DNA from: a virus
Lineage: Duplodnaviria > Caudoviricetes
Virus record (IMG/VR): IMGVR_UViG_3300020050_009209
Strand: one strand, 5' to 3'
DNA length: 64,000 bases
The notes below the pieces were generated by a model that saw only the letters and a program-made list of their open reading frames with translations, did no database searches and had not been told where the DNA came from. Both the position numbers and the translations under genes were made by a program. Positions within the stretch are counted from its first letter, which is position 1. Each line of letters opens with the position of its first letter. Below, one piece after another: positions 1 to 8,154 of the stretch.

Positions 1-938
1 ATGGGGAGTGGGTAGACAAAGGAAGTGCAAATGCTAGCAAGTCCAAGAGTGATAACTCGAAGACAGCGGGGAAAGAGCTTGCGAAGAGGCAAGCGGAACT
101 AGGTGCCAAGTTCTCGTCTGCACAAAAGGCTGAGATAAAGGCGACCACGATAGCAATCCAGCAAATGCGAGACACTCCTCCGTTGCGGCTACTCGTGAAC
201 CCAGCAACCTTCAAGGTCAGTAGTGAGAAAGTCATTGCGGATGGGAATTGGACTAGGAACGGGCCAATTATTGAGCACTGGGGTGAGGGGCAAGACAAGC
301 TAGAGGCCTCAGGTAAGGTCGCAGGGTTCTTCGCTATAGACGCAAATTCCCCCAATCCAGATGCTGAGGGGGAGGGGCCAGGCCTAACCAGAGTTGCCAG
401 GAACTTCTCGGCTAGCTATCACAACCTACTATCCCTCTGGCTACTGTACCGCAACAACGCTGGGATCTACACCAAAAGCCTTGACGGTACGGAACTCGCT
501 AGACTGTCCATGGTGGGCTCTATCTACATCTACTACGATGATATCATGTATGTGGGTAGCTTTGATAGCTTCAACCTTACGGAAGCGGATGACAAACCCT
601 ACACACTAGAGTACAACTTTCAGTTCACTGTTCGTGCCACGTTCTTACTCGACAGGCCAGATAACACGAAGGGTAAGGCCCAGCAGACGAATGCCCTTAC
701 CTCTGGAGACCCTAGTATCGATGAATTTAATCGGACGGTAGAGGAGTCTAACGCTAGAATACCTATGCCGGATCGACCCGTAGGGCCTGATCAGTTGAAC
801 AATCCGAGTGGGTGGTTGGGAGGTCTGAGTGCGGGAGCCTCCAGAGGTGAGGACCTTGCTATAGACCCTTCAGTGAGTGCAGCTACGAAGACCTCTCCTG
901 AGTTAGCAAAGCTTCGTAGGTCTCAATTGATTGAGTGA
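1..938 (+). CDS. Tail tube initiator / baseplate protein (Mu gp43 / P2 gpU / CIS-tube-like), 5'-truncated by the window edge
   Basis: The frame of ORF 165..938 is open back to position 3 (GEWVDKGSAN...QQMRDTPPL). It has the motifs LLVNPATFKV...IEHWGE...YIYYDDIMYVGSFDSFNLTE...YNFQFTV typical of tube-initiator proteins and lies directly upstream of the hub gene. Confidence 0.65.
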   Translation, partial: GEWVDKGSANASKSKSDNSKTAGKELAKRQAELGAKFSSAQKAEIKATTIAIQQMRDTPPLRLLVNPATFKVSSEKVIADGNWTRNGPIIEHWGEGQDKLEASGKVAGFFAIDANSPNPDAEGEGPGLTRVARNFSASYHNLLSLWLLYRNNAGIYTKSLDGTELARLSMVGSIYIYYDDIMYVGSFDSFNLTEADDKPYTLEYNFQFTVRATFLLDRPDNTKGKAQQTNALTSGDPSIDEFNRTVEESNARIPMPDRPVGPDQLNNPSGWLGGLSAGASRGEDLAIDPSVSAATKTSPELAKLRRSQLIE

Positions 939-947
939 TAGGTAATT

Positions 948-3900
948 ATGGCACGAAGTCCGTTTCAGGGTACTTACCAACCAAATGTCAGACCCACCGT
1001 GGTCATGGCCCCAGATGCACTGGTCTACATCAATGGGGAGGTGGACATCATTGGGTGTGGGAGCTGCAAGAAACGATTTGACTTCGGTAAGTACATCACT
1101 CAACTCCAAGTAGACTTGAGTCTAGACAGCGTTCCTGGGAGCGCATCAATTACGATGTCCGTACCTCGACACGTAGTCGACGACTTCTTTTTCGATGGCG
1201 TTCCGCTAGTCACCGCAATGATGGAGGTGGAGATCTTTGCGAAGGGGTTCTACCTTCTTGAAGGGCTCCCACAATACTACCCTATCTTCTGGGGGCTCAT
1301 CACTGAGGTGAGTGATAGCTACTCCTCAGGGGAGCATACGGTCACCATTCAATGCGCGGACATCCTGAAGTGGTGGGAAATTTGCAGGATGAACGTGAAC
1401 CCGGCGTTTGGGGCAACTCCTCAAGCTGGCAATAACATCTTTGGTAACGTCTTCTTTGGCACTAACCCCTATGATGCCATATATACCTTAGCAAATATGG
1501 CGTTTGGGGATGTCATTATCGGTACCGGGTCCCTCGTTAACCTCAGTAAGGAAGCCAGTCAACCTAGTACCTTTAGTGCAGTACTAGGTGACATCATGTT
1601 GTATTGGGCGAGTAGGTTCAGTCGGATCCGATCCAACCTGCTATTGTATGGAGTCAACGGTGTTGCAGTCCGTGGAGACTCGATTGCTCAAGCCTATGAG
1701 ACTGGTAGAGCACGAACCCCAATCGCGGCTACCGCAGTAAGAAATGCGAACAGTAACCCTCAGGGAGGTTCTAACGCTACGCAGTTAATCTTCGACCCTA
1801 CTGACCCTGGGGTGACAGCCTTTCGAACCCAGTTTGCACAAGCGGGGCAAATCAACTTTTGGCAATCGGAATACCAAACCAAACTTGAGATCGCGAACGC
1901 CTGTAAAGAGGCCATCGGGTTTGAGTTCTATATGGATGTGACGGGGGACATCGTCTTCAAGCCCCCGTTCTACAACCTGGACATTATCTCCAACAAGCCA
2001 GTGTCTTGGATTCAAGACATCGACACTATCGATTGGAACTTCTCTGAGAACGAAGCTGAGGTAGTCACTCAGATATCTCTGCAAGGTAGTTTCGGTGGGA
2101 ATGTTGACTATGGGTTTAGTGAGGAGATGGTTCCGTCTACTTCAGTGACGGATTACCATCTCCTACGTAAGTACGGTTGGAGACCTCACACCTACAACTC
2201 GGAATTCATGGGCGACCCGCTCATGATGTACTACCATGGGCTAGACATCCTTGACCGACTTAATTCGAGACGGCATCAAGGTACGGTTACGATTCCCATT
2301 CGACCTGAGTTGCGGATAGGGTACCCTATTTACATTGCGGCAAAGGACCAGGTTTGGTACATCAAGGGAATTAGCCATAACATAGCTTTTGGAGGGAGAG
2401 CTTCGACCACCCTTCAGTTGACGGCTCGTCGTGAAAAGTTCAAGGCCCCTAAGGGGATATCCTCGCTGAAGATGACAGGGGATACCTCGGATGCTGCGTT
2501 TCGGAAAGCTCAGGCTGCCTATGTGAAACTCATGGCAGCTAACGACAAGAATGCGAGTAAGGCTCAGAAGGACAAGAATGCTGCTCTGTCGGTATCCTCC
2601 CCTCAGAACCCTACAAAGGCTAAGAAAGACACTGGGGACCCAGGCCCACCTAATACAAAGGAGCTAGCTCGTAAGACCTTTGAGTTGGAGTTGGGGGACG
2701 CTGCAACATTTCCTCCAATTAAGGTGGATGATTCTAGGGTTTCCGATGCTTACGAGCCTTTAATCCTACGGCACCCTAAGACAGGCAGGATTGTGGGGTA
2801 TCCTAATGTTGTCATGGTGTATACTCGACCATTCGACAATAAGCTGAGCGAAAAGGCCTATGCGGGTATTGCAGGTCAGAAGCCCCCAGGAAAGAACCCT
2901 GAAGTAAAGACAGCAAACAAGGGTAAAGTAGAGAATACGCAAAAGCAAAATCTGATAAAGACCCTAAACGCGTTCACATCTACCGACGTCATGAGCCAGT
3001 TGTTGAAACACGGGCAAAACAAGTACCAGTATGGTGTAACGTCTTCAGGGTCCTACGTGTATGCTCACGACAAGAGCAAGGTAGTGACTCAATTCGCCCT
3101 TATCCCTGCATCCAATATCACGGTCACGAAAGACACTGATGAGGTAAATGCCAAGGATAACCCTCTTAAGGGAGGTACCACGATGGTCCGTCCTGTCTCA
3201 GACGAGCGTGGCTTCGAGGTCATCGGGCACTTCCGGTATGGGAGAGGCGTTGCTTTGCGAGATGGGTCTCTTATTCTGAATGAGAATGTGAGCGGGGGTA
3301 CGAATACTCGAACAAATCCAGGAATTCAGTTTGCTCTAAGTGGGGATTTGTTTGCTACTTTGACTGCGCAGTCACAGGGTCTTACCTCAGTGGCTTCGGC
3401 CTACGCTAATCCTGCGGATGCAATTGCACGAATGCAGCCTGAGGATCTACAAACAGCTGGCATTTTGGTACCTGGTGGTACTGATGGGCATAAGAAGCCT
3501 CAATTCGACGACACAAAAGAGAACTTCGTAGAGTCGGCTCCGTTAGGATCTGGGATAAAGACTGCCCCTAGCGTAGAGGCAGGTCAGCTATCCCGAGCCC
3601 TCACGTTAGCTGAGATGTCAGTGCGGGAAGATGCTACGCTACCGAATGATGACAAGTGCGCTTGTCAGATGGGCAGAGCAGATCTGGCTTTCATCAATAT
3701 TGGGTACAGCGTAAAGACACTAAATGGATCTGTACCTGACACTAGTGAGTTGTACGGTCAAGCTGTTGTGCAATTGAACTCGGCGGACGCGTCTCGAAAG
3801 GATCTGGCAGCTCAAGCCTCGGCTGCTGACAAGGTCATGACCGCAACAACCGCTGCTATAGACGACTTGCGAAGAAGGTTGTCCAATACCTCAGACCCTA

Positions 3901-4580
3901 GTGTCCAAAACACACTTAGTGTTCAAATCGCAAAGCTCAAAAAGGAGCAGGAGGTTAACACTCAGAAGTGGATCGAGCTAGCTGGCCAAGCAAATCAGGC
4001 TCAGGAAGAGTACGAAAGTTTGGCGGCGTATAGTAGTGAGCAGCAGCAGCGAGGCCAACCTAGGGGTCCGGAGTCTAAGTTCTCCAATGTTCGGTCGAAG
4101 GTAGAGGGCTACCTGTTTGGGCTGTACCAGGCGTTGGATGCCCCCCACCAAACCTATGAGAATGTCTTGAGGGGATCTGCTGAAGAGCCTAACAGGTCTC
4201 CTCCAGACTTGTTCAAGAGCCCAGACCCAGAGTCTCTAGTCGCTCCCCCCTTTGGTGCTAGTAATCGTAGCGGATTGGGGGACCCCATTGCGACGGGGCT
4301 TCAGGGTAGCTCAGCAGCAGCCGACCTGAAAAATAAGTGGGATTCCTTTGGTAAGGACCTGCAAGACAAGACCAAACGCACGAAGTTGACTCAGGAGATT
4401 GCAGCACTACGCGCTAAGCTAGCTAGACTAGAGAAGCGAAAGCAAGACCTGATTGCGGAAGGAACTCCTACGTCGCATGTAGCTGGTAACACGGATACCA
4501 TTGAAAAGCTAGACAAGGACATTGCAGAGACTCGGCAAGAGCTAACCCAGAAAGAGGCTGAGCTTGCTCAGATTACCTAA
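948..4580 (+). CDS. Baseplate hub protein (T4 gp27 / P2 gpD-like) with long C-terminal extension
   Basis: The N-terminal ~500 aa has hub-type motifs (GSASITMS, IFWGLITEVSDSYS..TVTIQCAD, FEFYMDVTGDIVFKPP, GTVTIPIRPELRIGYPIYI...YIKGISHNI). The C-terminus is coiled-coil rich. Position is upstream of the spike gene. Confidence 0.75.
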   Translation: MARSPFQGTYQPNVRPTVVMAPDALVYINGEVDIIGCGSCKKRFDFGKYITQLQVDLSLDSVPGSASITMSVPRHVVDDFFFDGVPLVTAMMEVEIFAKGFYLLEGLPQYYPIFWGLITEVSDSYSSGEHTVTIQCADILKWWEICRMNVNPAFGATPQAGNNIFGNVFFGTNPYDAIYTLANMAFGDVIIGTGSLVNLSKEASQPSTFSAVLGDIMLYWASRFSRIRSNLLLYGVNGVAVRGDSIAQAYETGRARTPIAATAVRNANSNPQGGSNATQLIFDPTDPGVTAFRTQFAQAGQINFWQSEYQTKLEIANACKEAIGFEFYMDVTGDIVFKPPFYNLDIISNKPVSWIQDIDTIDWNFSENEAEVVTQISLQGSFGGNVDYGFSEEMVPSTSVTDYHLLRKYGWRPHTYNSEFMGDPLMMYYHGLDILDRLNSRRHQGTVTIPIRPELRIGYPIYIAAKDQVWYIKGISHNIAFGGRASTTLQLTARREKFKAPKGISSLKMTGDTSDAAFRKAQAAYVKLMAANDKNASKAQKDKNAALSVSSPQNPTKAKKDTGDPGPPNTKELARKTFELELGDAATFPPIKVDDSRVSDAYEPLILRHPKTGRIVGYPNVVMVYTRPFDNKLSEKAYAGIAGQKPPGKNPEVKTANKGKVENTQKQNLIKTLNAFTSTDVMSQLLKHGQNKYQYGVTSSGSYVYAHDKSKVVTQFALIPASNITVTKDTDEVNAKDNPLKGGTTMVRPVSDERGFEVIGHFRYGRGVALRDGSLILNENVSGGTNTRTNPGIQFALSGDLFATLTAQSQGLTSVASAYANPADAIARMQPEDLQTAGILVPGGTDGHKKPQFDDTKENFVESAPLGSGIKTAPSVEAGQLSRALTLAEMSVREDATLPNDDKCACQMGRADLAFINIGYSVKTLNGSVPDTSELYGQAVVQLNSADASRKDLAAQASAADKVMTATTAAIDDLRRRLSNTSDPSVQNTLSVQIAKLKKEQEVNTQKWIELAGQANQAQEEYESLAAYSSEQQQRGQPRGPESKFSNVRSKVEGYLFGLYQALDAPHQTYENVLRGSAEEPNRSPPDLFKSPDPESLVAPPFGASNRSGLGDPIATGLQGSSAAADLKNKWDSFGKDLQDKTKRTKLTQEIAALRAKLARLEKRKQDLIAEGTPTSHVAGNTDTIEKLDKDIAETRQELTQKEAELAQIT

Positions 4581-6758
4581 GTGAGTAACGTACCCTACGG
4601 TAAAATACCAGGTAAAGAGTTCGTAGATGGCGATGATCAGAGGTACGCTCATACTCGGGTGGGGATCATTACACGCGTCGATGCACAGCACTTGAAGTGC
4701 GATGTGCGAGTTCTCAGTGGCTCTGAGCAGAGGTTCGAGGTGGACCTCACTCAGTCTATGGCTGGACCGAGAAGCTTCTTTGGTGGTATTCCAGAAGTCA
4801 ACTCGATTGTCCTCATTGCCTATCGTAGAATCCACAAGCAAGTATTTGAGGCGGTTATCCTTGGGTACCTACCAACTGGTAACCTTCTAGGGCTCAAGTT
4901 CGATCCTCTTAGTCCGGTAGACCCTGGAGATGTGGGGCCAGCGGATGTAGCAGGGGCGGTGAAGGTCTACGGGAAGACGATCCGATACAAGCGGATTACA
5001 GGCAAGCCCGGTGACATTCTAGGGATGAGTGCGTCCGGGTCTGAGATGGTACTCTCAGAGGATGTGAAGTTCTGCAATCGAGCGGGAGACCTAGCTGAGC
5101 TACGAGATGTAGACCGTACTTGGGTAACTCAGGCGCTCCATCGAGTAGAGGCAGACTCCGCATCTTACCTATTTTCCGGAGCTGCTCGACGTGGAGGCAT
5201 GAACTTACCTGTTGACATCTTCCAGAAGGACAAGGATGGTAAGCTCTCTCGTACAGTTAAGACCCAAGATCAGAGGTTCTTCGGGAGAGACGAGCTTGGT
5301 AGTGCTGGGGTAGGTACCAACACATTCGTTAACCCGACTACTGGGAAGGTCCTAGATCGGATCAACGCAGACGAAGAGTTTCCACCTCTGACTTACTCGA
5401 ATGGGCGTCAGGTATTCTACGCCTCTGGAAATCAGGCTACCAACTTTGAGGACGTGCTCAACGGTGGTACGGGAAGGGCCTTTACTGAGCGTAGGTTAGA
5501 GATTCGACACGACACAGACCTACAGCAAGAAGTGCTGGAGGAAATCGACGGCTTCTCGATGGACCGTCCGAGAGTCTACATAGAGCAGGTATTTGGTACC
5601 GTCATTGGCAACGACCCCTTCTCTAGTCTAGGTCAACGTCAGTATGGGCGAATCCTAAAGCCAGCCCTCTTTGAGGACTTTGACCAGACCGCTCGGCCAA
5701 GTGGGTTCCGCATGGAGGAGGCAGCACGACCTCCAAGTGTGTCGATTGATGAAGCCATGAATATGGCGGCAGCTTACTTGTTTACAGTCTCTCCCCCTCA
5801 GAGTGCGTCAAAAAACAAGTTTGCAGTGGCGGTCAGTAAGCAGGGCAAATTGTTCCTGAACGTGCCTGGGTCTACAGTAGAGAACCAGCTCACGAACAAT
5901 ATCTCAGCTGAAGTGAACATGGAGGGGGCCCTGAAGGCTCGGCTCGGAGCATCCACTCCAGACAGGATATCCCTTCACCTGACGTTAGAGGGTGGTGTAT
6001 TCCTGGACATTGGGTCTAACAAGGACGGGGAGGTAATCACCACCAACTTCAGAGGAGCTGTAAAGCAATCCTACAAGGGTGGCAACAGCGTCAATGATAC
6101 GGCACAGAGCGTTGACATTGGGGGTAACACGGAGACCTACGTGGGTGGGAACGACCGTCAAGTAGTTAATGGAGCGTACTCTAAGCGAGTGGACGGTGGG
6201 TACAGTGTCCACGCGGGTAGAATCGCAATGAACGGCTTGAATGGTTTTTCAGGTAACTTTGGAGAGTACAACCTACTAGTTTCTGGGAAGACTCAAACTC
6301 AGTACGCTTTAGCCGTCCTAGAGACGATCGCACTAGGAGGCAAGATCTCCACGATTCTGGCTGGAGCTAAGGTCCAAAACCTACTTGCTGGAGCCATGGT
6401 CACAAATGTGCTGGCAGGAGCAACTTCGTTCAACAATGCAGCTGGAGCTTTTTCGGTTCTGGTTGGAGTTGGGGCTATTGGTCTCACTACGGGAGCTGGA
6501 GCTATTGGAGTCACTACCGCAGCTGGAGCTATCTCTTTGGCAACTGGGCTAGGAGCTGTATCAATTGTGGGCACCTTGGCCGTAAGTGTGGTATCAGGAG
6601 TAGCCATATCTCTCATGGCTCCTCAGGTCCTACTAGGAGGGCCAGCCGCGGTACTAGGAGTCTCTCGTGGTTTGCCAATGATGCCCCCCCTTGCTCCCAG
6701 TTTGGATTGGGTAACAGGTTTGCCCTTGGCCGGTTCTTGTTTGATTCGAAGTATTTAG
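4581..6758 (+). CDS. Baseplate central spike (T4 gp5 / P2 gpV-like)
   Basis: N-terminal OB-fold-like segment (RVGIITRVDAQHLKCDVRV...GGIPEVNSIVLIAY...VILGYL), then VxG beta-helix repeats (VDIGGNTE TYVGGNDR QVVNGAYS) and a Gly/Ala-rich C-terminus. GTG start directly follows the hub TAA. Confidence 0.75.
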   Translation: MSNVPYGKIPGKEFVDGDDQRYAHTRVGIITRVDAQHLKCDVRVLSGSEQRFEVDLTQSMAGPRSFFGGIPEVNSIVLIAYRRIHKQVFEAVILGYLPTGNLLGLKFDPLSPVDPGDVGPADVAGAVKVYGKTIRYKRITGKPGDILGMSASGSEMVLSEDVKFCNRAGDLAELRDVDRTWVTQALHRVEADSASYLFSGAARRGGMNLPVDIFQKDKDGKLSRTVKTQDQRFFGRDELGSAGVGTNTFVNPTTGKVLDRINADEEFPPLTYSNGRQVFYASGNQATNFEDVLNGGTGRAFTERRLEIRHDTDLQQEVLEEIDGFSMDRPRVYIEQVFGTVIGNDPFSSLGQRQYGRILKPALFEDFDQTARPSGFRMEEAARPPSVSIDEAMNMAAAYLFTVSPPQSASKNKFAVAVSKQGKLFLNVPGSTVENQLTNNISAEVNMEGALKARLGASTPDRISLHLTLEGGVFLDIGSNKDGEVITTNFRGAVKQSYKGGNSVNDTAQSVDIGGNTETYVGGNDRQVVNGAYSKRVDGGYSVHAGRIAMNGLNGFSGNFGEYNLLVSGKTQTQYALAVLETIALGGKISTILAGAKVQNLLAGAMVTNVLAGATSFNNAAGAFSVLVGVGAIGLTTGAGAIGVTTAAGAISLATGLGAVSIVGTLAVSVVSGVAISLMAPQVLLGGPAAVLGVSRGLPMMPPLAPSLDWVTGLPLAGSCLIRSI

Positions 6759-6773
6759 TGAGCGCATGTTGCT

Positions 6774-6800
6774 CGTCAATAATCGTTCAATGGTGGATAC
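6774..6800 (+). repeat. 27-bp dispersed repeat copy 1 (candidate promoter/RBS element)
   Basis: cgtcaataatcgttcaatggtggatac is 25/27 identical to 36971-36997. Confidence 0.8.
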
Positions 6801-6815
6801 GAGAGTAGAGGTATC

Positions 6816-7589
6816 ATGCCACCGTCTCGTATTCAACCAGAAGACACTTACGCTTCTTTTCACTCAAGAGAGACATTTACCTCAATTGCTGACCGGTTAG
6901 GTATATGTCGACCTACCCTTCGTCGTTGGTGGATAGCCAAGTTTGGCATTACTGCTTACGAGCATAGAGCTGCGTCAATCCTTCAGACCCCTGAGGAGAG
7001 AAAAGAACACGTTAAGTCTTATCGAGAGACCAATAGTGAGCTAGTCAAAGCTCAGAAAAAAGCCTGGCGAGAAGCGAATCATGAGAAAGTAAAAGCAGGC
7101 AAGCAGGCCCATCGAGAGACTCATCGAGAAGAGTACCAAGATTACTGTAGGAAGTACTATGCAGCAAACGCTGAGAAATTTAGAGCGGTGTCCCGACAAT
7201 ACAGGCAGGAAAACGGGGACATCGTTCGACAGAAAGAGAAAGACTATTATCGCACTCACCCAGAAAAAATGCTGTTGAAGAATGCTCGTCAGAGGGCTCG
7301 TAGGTTTTCTGTCCCGTTTGGGATCACCATTGAGGATATCCTGAAACTTTTCCCATCGGATGGTTGTTGCCCCATTACGAAAGAGCCTTTTGAACAAGGG
7401 GATGGTAAAGTTGGGCCTAGGTCTATGTCACTTGATCGCATTAACCCATCTTTGGGTTACGTTCCTGGGAATATTGCTGTTATCAGCCATCTAGCTAATA
7501 CGATCAAAAGTGACTGTACAGACCCCGAAGTTTTCCGTCGTGTCGCTCGCTACCTAGAAACTGGTACGTTAGAGACCACATGCTCTTAA
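6816..7589 (+). CDS. Free-standing HNH/His-Me-finger homing endonuclease with N-terminal HTH
   Basis: N-terminal HTH (TFTSIADRLGICRPTLRRWW), ~15-aa charged helical repeats, C-terminal CPITKEPF...SLDRINPSLGYVPGNIAVISHLANTIKS nuclease motif. Confidence 0.8.
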   Translation: MPPSRIQPEDTYASFHSRETFTSIADRLGICRPTLRRWWIAKFGITAYEHRAASILQTPEERKEHVKSYRETNSELVKAQKKAWREANHEKVKAGKQAHRETHREEYQDYCRKYYAANAEKFRAVSRQYRQENGDIVRQKEKDYYRTHPEKMLLKNARQRARRFSVPFGITIEDILKLFPSDGCCPITKEPFEQGDGKVGPRSMSLDRINPSLGYVPGNIAVISHLANTIKSDCTDPEVFRRVARYLETGTLETTCS

Positions 7590-8146
7590 TGCCTAACCTC
7601 ACTCTAGCAATTATCCAGGGCCTTGCCTCAGGTGGGGTCGTAGGTCCTGCTGTACCGCAACTAGCTCAAGGAATTGCAGGAGGGATCATGCGCTGGGTCC
7701 CTCTTCTCATTGTGAGCACTGTGGATACAGGGACCTATGGGGTAGGGTCGGGTATGGCTCCATTCGCATTGGATGTGGGGTCACTTACGACCAACCTTAT
7801 GAATGCCTATGCCGTGAACGGTCAGCTTGGTCCTATGTCCAAACCCGAGGCAAAGGGGCTAGCTTCGGGACTAGCTTCTGGTTTTGCGCAAGGGATCATG
7901 AAGACGAGTCATGCTACGACAGGGTCTGGGGACGCTCTGGCTAGAGTCTTTGGCCCTCTCGCATTCAGCTCGCTGGAGCAAGGTTTCAAGGCTGCTGGGA
8001 TGAAGGGACCTTCCTCAGTGAAAAAGTGCAAGGCAATCTCTACCGCCCTTTTTCTAGGGCTTCAGTTGTTTCAGATGCCAATCAAAATCATAGGTCCATC
8101 GTCCCCCTCTCCTGGAGGGGGTTCTGGCATCGGTAGAGTCTACTAA
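7580..8146 (+). CDS. Gly/Ala-rich hypothetical virion protein (spike-adjacent)
   Basis: 188-aa ORF; alternative start at 7589 (TAATG overlap). It occupies the position normally following the spike gene. Confidence 0.55.
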   Translation: MLLMPNLTLAIIQGLASGGVVGPAVPQLAQGIAGGIMRWVPLLIVSTVDTGTYGVGSGMAPFALDVGSLTTNLMNAYAVNGQLGPMSKPEAKGLASGLASGFAQGIMKTSHATTGSGDALARVFGPLAFSSLEQGFKAAGMKGPSSVKKCKAISTALFLGLQLFQMPIKIIGPSSPSPGGGSGIGRVY

Positions 8147-8154
8147 GAGGTTTC

